Shown one piece after another: positions 23,304 to 31,601 of a DNA stretch of 50,241 bases. The stretch comes from a virus. Each line of letters starts with the position of its first letter. Position 1 is the first letter of the stretch. The notes under the pieces are model-generated. The model ran no database searches and was not told the DNA's origin. It was given only the letters and a program-made list of their open reading frames with translations. The position numbers and the translations under genes were made by a program. The stretch is taken from IMG/VR virus record IMGVR_UViG_3300009285_000011, positions 1-50,241 of that record, one strand, 5' to 3'.

Positions 23304-23570
23304 ATGAAACCGCAAGACATCCGAATTTACCCGAACCTCAATCGAAACCGGGCTTATGCCCGTATGGATATGGCGGCTGAGAAAAACTTCAATCTCGACC
23401 AAGCTCTCTACGGTCTTAAGTATGCGCGGAACACTGGACGCATCACCGGGACTGCCGAGATGCATATTCGTATCCTGAGTGGGTATGCTTATGCTAAGCT
23501 GGTCATCGAAATGATGGAAGCGGGAATTACAGCCAACACCGCCGCCGCCTTCCTCAATCAGAAATACTAA
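23304..23570 (+). CDS. hypothetical 88-aa protein
   Basis: An AATAGGAGAGAGAAA box lies immediately before the ATG. Confidence 0.6.
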   Translation: MKPQDIRIYPNLNRNRAYARMDMAAEKNFNLDQALYGLKYARNTGRITGTAEMHIRILSGYAYAKLVIEMMEAGITANTAAAFLNQKY

Positions 23571-23596
23571 GACTAACTTATAGGAGAGAGAAAACC

Positions 23597-23920
23597 ATGA
23601 AACCAGATGACCTTATTACCCCGGAAGACGTCACTAAGCGACATCAGCAGTGGGTAAATCAATGTCCTGAATCGCCGAAGCCGAAATTTACAGTCAGAAC
23701 ATTGTTGAATAGTGTACTGCTCATCGGCATGGCCGTGACCGCGCACAACCGACCCGGCACTATCCATGCTATCAGTCTATCACCATACCCGGCAGAAGAT
23801 GCCGCCGGTATAGCGCGCGTGTATGTCGTGTATACAGATCACCCGGCGGCGCATGAATGGCGCGAGAAGCCAGGCGCGGAATGGGTACTGCCCTGGGAAA
23901 TCGAGGAGTCGCGATCATGA
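23597..23920 (+). CDS. hypothetical 107-aa protein
   Basis: An ATAGGAGAGAGAAAA box lies before the ATG. Confidence 0.6.
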   Translation: MKPDDLITPEDVTKRHQQWVNQCPESPKPKFTVRTLLNSVLLIGMAVTAHNRPGTIHAISLSPYPAEDAAGIARVYVVYTDHPAAHEWREKPGAEWVLPWEIEESRS

Positions 23921-24147
23921 ACCTACACGAACTTGAAGTCATGCTACAATCTGGAAAAACAGTTCAGGCGATTACGATCCACGATGCTATTATCACCGCC
24001 CGCCATCTGAATGATGCTCACTACACAATCAGGTTTCGCACTAATCGCGGCATAAAAGCCCCAATCCGAGAATATACGACTGCCCGGCGCGCTGTTCGCA
24101 AAATGCTCGAATACGCGCCAGCAGAACAATGGAGGATTTTGGAATGA
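23917..24147 (+). CDS. hypothetical 76-aa protein (MNLHELEV...)
   Basis: I chose the start at the ATGA overlap with the upstream stop, and a GAGGAG RBS precedes it. The longer track ORF that starts at 23857 overlaps the upstream gene. Confidence 0.55.
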   Translation: MNLHELEVMLQSGKTVQAITIHDAIITARHLNDAHYTIRFRTNRGIKAPIREYTTARRAVRKMLEYAPAEQWRILE

Positions 24148-24614
24148 ACCTGCACGAATTGACCTACATCTGTAACCCTGAAACAACATTGTTTGACCGG
24201 ATTACTGCGCTGGCTTTCATCGACGAACTCAACGAATTGGCGCAGAACATGTTCGATACCGTTCCCGACATGCTGCCTGACTTCCAAACGGCAGTCGGCT
24301 TCTGGCTGTGCGGCCTGGCCCGCGCTCTAATCTGCGATGTGCGCGGCCTATCTGATGGTGAACTGGATACTGTCCAAGATGCTATCGAGTTCAAACTGCG
24401 CAGCACCGATGACCCGACATGCCGCGATGAGTTACAGACCAGTCTACAGACGATCACGGATGAAATCACCCGGCGTTATGTTTGTCCGAACTGCGGCGAA
24501 GACTCGCGGTGGGGCGAACACATGATCCTGATACCCGCCGTTCGTTATGGTGATCACCCTGAGCCAGCCGATGTGTTTTGCTCTTGTGAAGATGAATATG
24601 GATGGGAGAATTAA
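24144..24614 (+). CDS. hypothetical 156-aa protein with a C-terminal CxxC..C.C pattern (MNLHELTY...)
   Basis: The start makes an ATGA overlap and follows a GGAGG RBS. Confidence 0.55.
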   Translation: MNLHELTYICNPETTLFDRITALAFIDELNELAQNMFDTVPDMLPDFQTAVGFWLCGLARALICDVRGLSDGELDTVQDAIEFKLRSTDDPTCRDELQTSLQTITDEITRRYVCPNCGEDSRWGEHMILIPAVRYGDHPEPADVFCSCEDEYGWEN

Positions 24615-24615
24615 G

Positions 24616-25290
24616 ATGACAATACAAGCATGGCACTTTAGCAATGGGTATATCAGAAATGATCCTGATACCAAAATCGTTCCCGGTCTACATCTCAGTG
24701 TAGACCCGGACAGATTGAAATTCTGCGAATATGGCTTACATGGCAATGTACGTCTCATCGACGCTCTCAGATATATGCCCGGCGCAGTTCTGAGTCAGGT
24801 TAAGTTAAGTGGACGCATCCTCGAAGATACCAACAAATATGTCGCCAGCGAGAGGACACATATCGCTGTCGCAGATGTGACTCGCACACTGCACGAATTC
24901 GCCATCTGGTGCGCGGAACAGGCACTGGCGCTAATCGACAATCCTGACCCACGCTCGCTCGAAGCACTACGCAACAAACAACTGTGGCTCGATGGCAAGG
25001 TCACTGATGACGAATTGGCTGTGGCGGAGAATGCAGCAAAGGAGGCGGCGTGGGCTGTGGCGCGGGCTGTGGCGCGGGCTGCGAGGGCTGCGAGGGTTGC
25101 GGTGTCAGATGCAGCAAAGGAGGCGGCGTGGGCTGCGGCGCGGGCTGCGGCGTCAGATGCGGCGGAGGATGTAGTGGAGGATGCGGCGTCGGCTGCGAGG
25201 GCTGCGGCATCAGATACGGCGTGGGCTGCGCAGAATAACAAACTCACCGCAATGGTTATGACATTGCCTGAATTTCAAGGGTTACTTTGA
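24616..25290 (+). CDS. hypothetical protein with a C-terminal Ala/Trp-rich degenerate repeat region
   Basis: I chose the start at ATG 24616, which follows GGGAG. The repeats read AKEAAWAVARAVARAARAARVAVSDAAKEAAWAAARAAASDAA. Confidence 0.55.
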   Translation: MTIQAWHFSNGYIRNDPDTKIVPGLHLSVDPDRLKFCEYGLHGNVRLIDALRYMPGAVLSQVKLSGRILEDTNKYVASERTHIAVADVTRTLHEFAIWCAEQALALIDNPDPRSLEALRNKQLWLDGKVTDDELAVAENAAKEAAWAVARAVARAARAARVAVSDAAKEAAWAAARAAASDAAEDVVEDAASAARAAASDTAWAAQNNKLTAMVMTLPEFQGLL

Positions 25291-25291
25291 T

Positions 25292-25573
25292 ATGGACAAT
25301 CAACCGTCATCACTTAAGATGCTAATCCTTTTTCCTAAGACCGAAGGGATACCCATCGCTGCACAAAATTATGCGACAGGGGAAATTAAAACCATTACCT
25401 TCTCACAAGCCAAAGATGCCATCATTGCGGCAGTGTTCAATAATGATTACCTACGCGCTATCAGAACTAACACAGACCTGGGCTTTGTAATGACGGTTTA
25501 CATCTATGATCGTGAGAGAGTGATAACTGATATTGAAACTAAGTACGGGAGCCTCGATGCGCATCCTGGATGA
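25292..25573 (+). CDS. hypothetical 93-aa protein
   Basis: The ORF is tightly packed against its upstream neighbour. Confidence 0.5.
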   Translation: MDNQPSSLKMLILFPKTEGIPIAAQNYATGEIKTITFSQAKDAIIAAVFNNDYLRAIRTNTDLGFVMTVYIYDRERVITDIETKYGSLDAHPG

Positions 25574-25862
25574 CACTGAAGTTACCAACATCAAATTGCT
25601 ATATCATGAGAATCCAGAGCGGTTCACACCACAATGGTTAGCCAATCAGTATGGCGTGGCGTATCAGACCATTTCCGCCATACTGACCGGGCACAATTGG
25701 CCTCATATTCGGCCTGACCTGACCGTGATGCCGCGCCAACACCGGCACTTTCGTCCATTGATTCAAGCCATGCTTGCAGACGACAACAAACCTCGCGACA
25801 TAGCAGCCGTGCTTCGATGCAGTCTGAGTCTCGTGTACAAAGTCAAATATGGAAAGCGATAA
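25557..25862 (+). CDS. HTH DNA-binding protein
   Basis: Two HTH-like segments are present (LANQYGVAYQTISAILTG and IAAVLRCSLSLVYKV). I chose the start at ATG 25557, which follows GGGAG. Confidence 0.5.
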   Translation: MRILDDTEVTNIKLLYHENPERFTPQWLANQYGVAYQTISAILTGHNWPHIRPDLTVMPRQHRHFRPLIQAMLADDNKPRDIAAVLRCSLSLVYKVKYGKR

Positions 25863-25865
25863 CCT

Positions 25866-26504
25866 GTGGATGAAATCACTGCGTTAACCCACCTCGATAC
25901 TATCCTCGCGCCAGTTATAGCGAATCTGTTGCAAGCGCGCACTGTTGAGGATATTCAACCAATCAAAGCGCAGTTAGAAGTCTGGCGCGTCCTGGCAACC
26001 AACATTAACGCCGCCCGCACGACGCGCATCGAAATCGATATCGCGCTTCTGCGCTGCTACCGGGCCATGGGAGAGATGTTACTCAATACCGACTTCGCGC
26101 AAGGCAAACGTACTGATCTCACTTCCCTCCCATTAGGCACGAAGTTAACCCGCGCCGATCTACCCTATCCTGAAAAGACACAGCGTCAATGGGAGCGGCT
26201 GGCGCAGATACCAGAGGAACTATTCGATAGCTACCTTGTCGACTGCACCGAATTCCTGCGCGAGGTCACAGTCGATGGCGCTATCAAGTATGCGCGGGCT
26301 GTCGAGGGCAAGCCGGAAGAGGAAGCGCCCGCCGATCCCCGCTACCGGGTGAAGTCCTGCGCCACCTGCCAACACCTGATAGAAACAGATGATAGTTATC
26401 CCGATTCTAATTGCGATTTATATCCAGTCGTTCGTTATGAATGGCTTACTCAATCACGCTATTATCTCTATTGCTGTCCTGACTGGCAGCGAAAGGATGA
26501 ATGA
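25866..26504 (+). CDS. hypothetical 212-aa protein with a C-terminal Cys cluster
   Basis: The ORF has a GTG start. No function was recognised. Confidence 0.5.
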   Translation: MDEITALTHLDTILAPVIANLLQARTVEDIQPIKAQLEVWRVLATNINAARTTRIEIDIALLRCYRAMGEMLLNTDFAQGKRTDLTSLPLGTKLTRADLPYPEKTQRQWERLAQIPEELFDSYLVDCTEFLREVTVDGAIKYARAVEGKPEEEAPADPRYRVKSCATCQHLIETDDSYPDSNCDLYPVVRYEWLTQSRYYLYCCPDWQRKDE

Positions 26505-27001
26505 CAATGGCAGTTGAAGCAAGATACTCAGGGAAGTGCGCAGGCTGCGGCTTTCACTTCTCTGTAGGTACGATGATCGAGAAGCGTGACGATAGATGGT
26601 ATGTTGTGGACTGTAAAGCCTGCGAATACCGAAAGCAAAAACTCTACTTGGGACGCGACCAAGATGGCAAAGGTGCTGTTGACTGTATTCACGACATGCT
26701 TACCTGGTATGACATTTTTGGCCACCTCGGCCCGTCTCATCATAACCAGGAACTCATCACCATAACCCTATACAACAAGTTTGAAGCCTACACTCATGAG
26801 GCTTGGGATGATGTATGGATCGTGGCCTTACATGCTTTCCGGCATGAATGGTATCAGGATGGGAAGTACCAGACTATAGACCATCCGAAACAGGAATTTC
26901 GGGGGGAAACGCTAGAAAAGGCAATTCAGAAATGTACACAGGTAATTCGTGAACAGATACTCGATGAAGAGAAACAACCAGAAGGTGAGGATGAGCCATG
27001 A
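26501..27001 (+). CDS. hypothetical zinc-ribbon protein
   Basis: The N-terminus carries a CAGCG..CKAC pattern. The start makes an ATGA overlap. Confidence 0.5.
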   Translation: MTMAVEARYSGKCAGCGFHFSVGTMIEKRDDRWYVVDCKACEYRKQKLYLGRDQDGKGAVDCIHDMLTWYDIFGHLGPSHHNQELITITLYNKFEAYTHEAWDDVWIVALHAFRHEWYQDGKYQTIDHPKQEFRGETLEKAIQKCTQVIREQILDEEKQPEGEDEP

Positions 27002-27273
27002 TCGCCTATCACATCTATGATCTGCGCGGCGCGGTATTCCAACTAGGCCGCCTCAAGCACCGCGATTATAAAGTATGCTACTGTGACGGGATGTGCGGTG
27101 AAGGCTACTACCTCACCTGCAAATCACATCGGTTCGTCACGATGTACCTGGGCGATAATCTGGAAGACGCTACCAAACAGGTGCTGGCGCTGCTCAAAGA
27201 ATACAAATGTTCACTACACGCCACCAGGAAGGATCATCTGGGCGAGAACGTTGCGAACTCACAACAACTATAA
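26998..27273 (+). CDS. hypothetical 91-aa protein
   Basis: The start makes an ATGA overlap. Confidence 0.5.
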   Translation: MIAYHIYDLRGAVFQLGRLKHRDYKVCYCDGMCGEGYYLTCKSHRFVTMYLGDNLEDATKQVLALLKEYKCSLHATRKDHLGENVANSQQL

Positions 27274-27301
27274 TATAATCATCAGATATGTAAGGGTCTG
27301 A

Positions 27302-27318
27302 AACCGGGCATATCCCGG
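27302..27318 (+). terminator. hairpin ACCGGG-catat-CCCGGT (conserved with 23097-23115)
   Basis: It follows the stop of 26998-27273. The flanking GAAACCGGGCA is shared with the 23.1-kb copy. Confidence 0.35.
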
Positions 27319-27333
27319 TAAATAGGACTACAC

Positions 27334-27363
27334 TGGGCGGTAAATGCCCCCTCATTTGCCGCC
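27334..27363 (+). other. 12-bp stem hairpin GGGCGGTAAATG-ccccct-CATTTGCCGCCC
   Basis: Read directly from the sequence, with one G.T pair. No U-tract follows. Confidence 0.5.
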
Positions 27364-27366
27364 CCA

Positions 27367-27434
27367 CGCCAGCATAGGGTTATTGCAAAAGTCAACTAGA
27401 CTTTGAACACCGGAGTTCAAATCTCCGGGCTGGC
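27367..27434 (+). tRNA. tRNA-like element 1 (68 nt, no D stem, anticodon uncertain)
   Basis: The acceptor is GCCAGC/GCTGGC and the T arm is CGGAG-TTCAAAT-CTCCG. An anticodon-type hairpin reads AAAGT-CAACTAG-ACTTT. Only 13 nt lie where the D arm should be. Confidence 0.4.
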
Positions 27435-27480
27435 ACTGGCAAGGTCATTGACAATCGGATAATAGCGATTATCCACAATG

Positions 27481-27567
27481 GCCGGGATGTAGCTCAAATG
27501 GTAAAGCGCGCACTAAGTCGCGACGGCGCTTGCGAGGTTGTAGGTTCAAATCCTATCATCCCTGCCA
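27481..27567 (+). tRNA. tRNA-like element 2 (85-87 nt, long extra arm, aberrant 8-nt anticodon loop, encoded CCA)
   Basis: The acceptor is CGGGATG/CATCCCT and the D arm is GCTC-AAATGGTA-AAGC. The T arm is GTAGG-TTCAAAT-CCTAT and the 3' end is GCCA. The central stem is only CGCG/CGCG around the loop CACTAAGT. Confidence 0.5.
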
Positions 27568-27578
27568 ATAATTGCCTA

Positions 27579-27608
27579 TTGACAATTGAGGGCAGATTGG
27601 ATTAAGAT
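27579..27608 (+). promoter_or_regulatory. candidate promoter TTGACA-N18-TAAGAT
   Basis: GCCTATTGACA here matches the -35 context of the 22766 promoter. Confidence 0.4.
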
Positions 27609-27791
27609 TCAAATATAAACCGTATCAGGTGAAGCGCCGGTAGCCTGATGCAACATAGAAGACGGGTGTAGCGAACGTTCCTATGTTTCCAGGGACGGGT
27701 ATAGTTGTATCCCCCGGCAGGGATTCCGCTACATCCGCCAACTTGCCCGGCCCTGTAAGCGTAGGAATTTTTGTTACCTATGGAGGAAATC

Positions 27792-28124
27792 ATGACTACT
27801 GAAATCGGTATATTTAAACGATTTGAGGAACTCGAATGGAAACCTTACCACAATCGAAACGGCAACTATGAACAGGTTGATATCACCGATCATGTTCTAC
27901 CAGATGTCTACAATCGTTTTGATAATCTCGTTGTGACCATGCTTAAAATGAAAACTTGCTACACCATCGCCACGACATTCTACCAGACAAACAAGAAATC
28001 ATTCATAAAATTAGATCATCTATCATTCCGTCATTTTGAACCTTTCATGTGGCAGAATACTATTGTTAACCTCAATTATCATCTCTGGGATTTAGCGGGC
28101 CAATTGGAGTCACAGGAGGACTAA
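27792..28124 (+). CDS. hypothetical 110-aa protein (AT-rich)
   Basis: I chose the start at ATG 27792, 5 nt after GGAGG. Confidence 0.5.
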   Translation: MTTEIGIFKRFEELEWKPYHNRNGNYEQVDITDHVLPDVYNRFDNLVVTMLKMKTCYTIATTFYQTNKKSFIKLDHLSFRHFEPFMWQNTIVNLNYHLWDLAGQLESQED

Positions 28125-28126
28125 CC

Positions 28127-28360
28127 ATGTATTGTTCAATTTGCGGAATGCCAATGGCACATTATAGACTATATGGCTATCGGTGCAATAATCCGGAGCA
28201 TCACGAATTAGCCAATGATCCGCGCCAATGCCATTATTGTACTCGGTGCGGACGAGAAATCAAGAATGTAGTAAGCCATCCAATCTGCCTACCCTGTAGA
28301 CAAGAAAGACATCGGAAGGTAGATCAATATAGAGAACAAGCACAGGAGAGTGGCGAATGA
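28127..28360 (+). CDS. small multi-Cys zinc-ribbon protein
   Basis: The Cys patterns are CSICG..CNNPEHH..CHYCTRCG..CLPC. Confidence 0.5.
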   Translation: MYCSICGMPMAHYRLYGYRCNNPEHHELANDPRQCHYCTRCGREIKNVVSHPICLPCRQERHRKVDQYREQAQESGE

Positions 28361-29703
28361 GCATCAATATCCGCAAACTACTAGGCCAATTAGCAGGCCA
28401 GCAGAACACGCTCACTATCCCCCGATGGACATTGACTCTGACTGGCAACGATCATACTGCCGCGCTGTTCCTGAGCCAGTTATTATACTGGTGCGAACGC
28501 GCCTCGCCAGACCGTGATGGTTGGATTGCCAAGAGCGCCATCGAATGGGAAGAGGAACTCGGCCTTACCAGTTATCAGGTCAATCGCGCCACCAAGAAAC
28601 TACAATTACTCGGTTTCCCCATCGAAACCAAAACTGCTAAGTCTCCGTTCCACTCCGGCGCACCGACCAAACATTATCGTATTAACCTCGATGCCGTAGT
28701 CCAAATCTTCCAATCGGGTTTTCAAGAAACTTCAAAATTGATTTCCAACAAACTTGAAAATCCTATATCAGAGAATACATCAGAGAATACCTTAAAAGAT
28801 TCAAGTAGTCCAAAAGAAGGACTACTTACAACACCCGAAAATTCATCCATCGAAGAATCAATCAACCTCTCTACCCTATCATCATCGGAGGTAGAACAGG
28901 ACATGCCACCTGATGCTGGTTATACCTATGATTGGGATATGAAAGATGAGGCGACTATGGATGATTATTGTTTCGATGAGGAAGACTTTGGCGCTGAAAT
29001 GCCCGCGCCGGAACAGGATTGGCACTTTGACCGGACGCTTACCCTGGATACGGCGGGCGATGAAATGATGGCAACCGTTCAAGGCCCGGCAGCAGGGCAG
29101 GGGGATATGGCAGAAAATATCCGTCGATTAGGAGAAGAGTTCCGGGCGGCGGTTGAACCCGGTGAACAGGCCATCACAAAAACATTCGCGCACATCGCTG
29201 CGCTCACAAGCCCGGAGGTAAATGGGATAGTATATTGTGACCAACACGGTAATGTGCCAGAAATTAATGGGCATTGTAGTGTGTGTGAAGCAAATGAGGC
29301 AAGAAAAGAATGGGACAAAATACAAACAGAGGCAGAATCAGATAAGAAACGGAATAAGACCACGCTCATCAACGCCCACAACGCGATGAAGGACGCAATC
29401 GTAGCGGCATTCGGGTGGGAGCGAGAAAACGTCACTGATGTGACATGGGGCATTGTGAATAAGGCCAGCAAGGAACTGCGGGATGTTGGGGCCTTGCCTG
29501 AAGATATGCCGGCGCTCTACGCCTTCTGTAAAGCAAAAGATTGGGACGACTTTACACCCCGCGCATTGTCGGGTAGGTGGGCGGAATTTAAGGCTACAAA
29601 TCGGCATACTGATATTCTTGAGCACGATGATAGCCAGCCGACAACTATCGCGCCGCATTACGAGCCATTCGATCCGACGAAACCAATGATGGATCAATCA
29701 TGA
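28357..29703 (+). CDS. putative replication initiator/organizer (N-terminal winged-helix, acidic linker)
   Basis: The N-terminal wHTH-like region reads AALFLSQLLYWCE..WIAKSAIEWEEELGLTSYQVNRATKKL. The gene lies directly upstream of the primase-helicase. Confidence 0.5.
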   Translation: MSINIRKLLGQLAGQQNTLTIPRWTLTLTGNDHTAALFLSQLLYWCERASPDRDGWIAKSAIEWEEELGLTSYQVNRATKKLQLLGFPIETKTAKSPFHSGAPTKHYRINLDAVVQIFQSGFQETSKLISNKLENPISENTSENTLKDSSSPKEGLLTTPENSSIEESINLSTLSSSEVEQDMPPDAGYTYDWDMKDEATMDDYCFDEEDFGAEMPAPEQDWHFDRTLTLDTAGDEMMATVQGPAAGQGDMAENIRRLGEEFRAAVEPGEQAITKTFAHIAALTSPEVNGIVYCDQHGNVPEINGHCSVCEANEARKEWDKIQTEAESDKKRNKTTLINAHNAMKDAIVAAFGWERENVTDVTWGIVNKASKELRDVGALPEDMPALYAFCKAKDWDDFTPRALSGRWAEFKATNRHTDILEHDDSQPTTIAPHYEPFDPTKPMMDQS

Positions 29704-31601
29704 ATACCGGACAAAAAGTATTAGACGCAATCAAGGCGCTGCCTCACTGTAAACCAAAGTGGAACGGGCAGCGCAGCGAATGGCAATTCAACGATCCGCT
29801 TAATTCTGGCAGCGACAGCCGTTCGATGTGGCTCAAGATCGAACCTGATGGCGAGCATGGGATGTATTGTTATTTCGCGCATGGGGATGGCGGGTCATTG
29901 TATGAGTTGGCGGAAAAGTTGGGCATCGAACTCCCGGCCAGAAGCAACGGCCACAGCGCGGTTACAGCGCCCGACCTCACTGCTGTTCCAGAAGATATTC
30001 CACATGAGGCATATGCGCGGCGCAAGGGAGTGCCAGTATCTGTATTCACCGATGCCGGATGGCAGATTGGCAGCCATGATAACCGTCCTTGCTGGCTCAT
30101 TCCACACAGCGACAACATCATCCGCGCTCATTTTGTAGACGCGCAGTCACCTAAAGCTAAACCGACTGAAGCCGGAGCAAAGCGTGTCTGGTACAGCGCG
30201 CCCAAACGGGCTACTGACATAGCTGGTGAAGGCAAACCAATTGTACTCTGTAATGGACAGTCCTCGACGGTGATTGCCCAGCATTTCGGCATCCCGGCCT
30301 TCTGTCAGACAGGCGGCGAGGCGGCGATAGATGATAGTTTATTACCGGGTTTGCGCCAGCAGATAACCGGGCGGGTGTTATGGATCATGCTGGACTGCGA
30401 TGAAGCGGGACGTAAAGCCGCCCAAAAGATTGCTGACCAGATGCGCGATTTACTGGTGGTAGTTATTGACTTCGATGTTGAACGCAGCGACGGTTACGAT
30501 CTGGCCGACTTCTGCGCTAAACATCGCTTTGCATCATACGTGGAACTGGAACGACTGGCGGAATCGCAAGCGCCCGCACCAGAACGTATTAGCACAGATA
30601 TCACGCTTCGCCGTTTCAGGATGCGGATGGAAGAAACCTATATCATCCCCGGTGAACCGCTCATTATCCCATTCAAGTCGTTTCACGAACTTGGCGGGTT
30701 TGCAAAAGTCATCATGCCCGGCAAAGTTATTGGTGTAGTTGCGCCATCTTCACAGGGCAAAACATCATTTCTGGAAACGTGGGCGGATATGTGGATGCAG
30801 TCTGGATTAGATGGATTATGGTACGGACCGGAATGGACAGAAGACGAATATCAGGCGCGGCGCATCCAGCGATTAGGCGGCGCATCTTATGAAGAGATGG
30901 CGATGTGGGACATAGACCGGAGCGAGCGGGCGCGGCAGGTTCCGGCAGATCAGAAAGTCGGAGTGTTATTGGCGCAAGATATTTGTGTTCGGACATTCAA
31001 AATTATCGATATACTGGAGAAATGGCCGGGGCAAATGCATTACTTCGCGCCGCGTTCTATTCTGGAAGACACGCTGGAAATCATGGCGCGCCATCTGCAT
31101 ACGCTGCGCAAATCCGGGCGGCGCGTCGGGTTTGCCATCTTCGATTATCTGCAGCTACTCAGAATCGGCGACAAAGAGCATGAGACTGGCAACCGCTACG
31201 AAGCCGCATTGGAACTGGTGAAATATTGGTGTCAGATCAATCATATCGTGGCGCTATGTGGTTCACAGGTACGGAAAATCGAAAGTCGTGAAGCGAAGAT
31301 CGAAAACAAACTCATCGACAGCGATGGGGCGCTGTATATCCGGGATGACAAGTGCAATCTGTTTATTTCTTTGAATATCCAGTACGTTAAAAATGACTTG
31401 ACCGGAACGGTGCAGCGTACCAATTATGGCATCGCCAATGTGACCAAAAACTCGGTAGGACAGTTAGGGCTTCGTAAGATCATCGCCGACTTCCCCCACC
31501 TATGCTGGCGCGATTTGCGCTGGACACAAGCGGAATTAGAGGCGTTAAAATATGATAAACGTATCGAGGAACAGGAGAGCAGGTATGGACGAGATAATTA
31601 G
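29700..31601 (+). CDS. primase-helicase (Toprim domain plus DnaB/RecA-type NTPase)
   Basis: The Toprim motif is IMLDCDEAGRKAA. Walker A is VAPSSQGKTSF and Walker B is FAIFDYLQL. Confidence 0.7.
   Translation: MNTGQKVLDAIKALPHCKPKWNGQRSEWQFNDPLNSGSDSRSMWLKIEPDGEHGMYCYFAHGDGGSLYELAEKLGIELPARSNGHSAVTAPDLTAVPEDIPHEAYARRKGVPVSVFTDAGWQIGSHDNRPCWLIPHSDNIIRAHFVDAQSPKAKPTEAGAKRVWYSAPKRATDIAGEGKPIVLCNGQSSTVIAQHFGIPAFCQTGGEAAIDDSLLPGLRQQITGRVLWIMLDCDEAGRKAAQKIADQMRDLLVVVIDFDVERSDGYDLADFCAKHRFASYVELERLAESQAPAPERISTDITLRRFRMRMEETYIIPGEPLIIPFKSFHELGGFAKVIMPGKVIGVVAPSSQGKTSFLETWADMWMQSGLDGLWYGPEWTEDEYQARRIQRLGGASYEEMAMWDIDRSERARQVPADQKVGVLLAQDICVRTFKIIDILEKWPGQMHYFAPRSILEDTLEIMARHLHTLRKSGRRVGFAIFDYLQLLRIGDKEHETGNRYEAALELVKYWCQINHIVALCGSQVRKIESREAKIENKLIDSDGALYIRDDKCNLFISLNIQYVKNDLTGTVQRTNYGIANVTKNSVGQLGLRKIIADFPHLCWRDLRWTQAELEALKYDKRIEEQESRYGRDN

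Noticed and set aside
24795-25247. Several ORFs on both strands (24795-25247, 24992-25174, 25001-25210, 25050-25238) encoding poly-Ala, poly-Pro or Gly/Cys-rich products
   Set aside because: They are all alternative frames of the GC-rich Ala/Trp repeat region of gene 24616-25290. They are open only because of the repeat composition.
27664-27740. A 77-nt segment with a 7-10-bp acceptor-like stem and a 3' GCCA, initially suspected to be a third tRNA
   Set aside because: It has no T loop (no TTCRA), no D arm and no anticodon arm. It folds as one long imperfect rod, so it is reported only as part of a structured leader.
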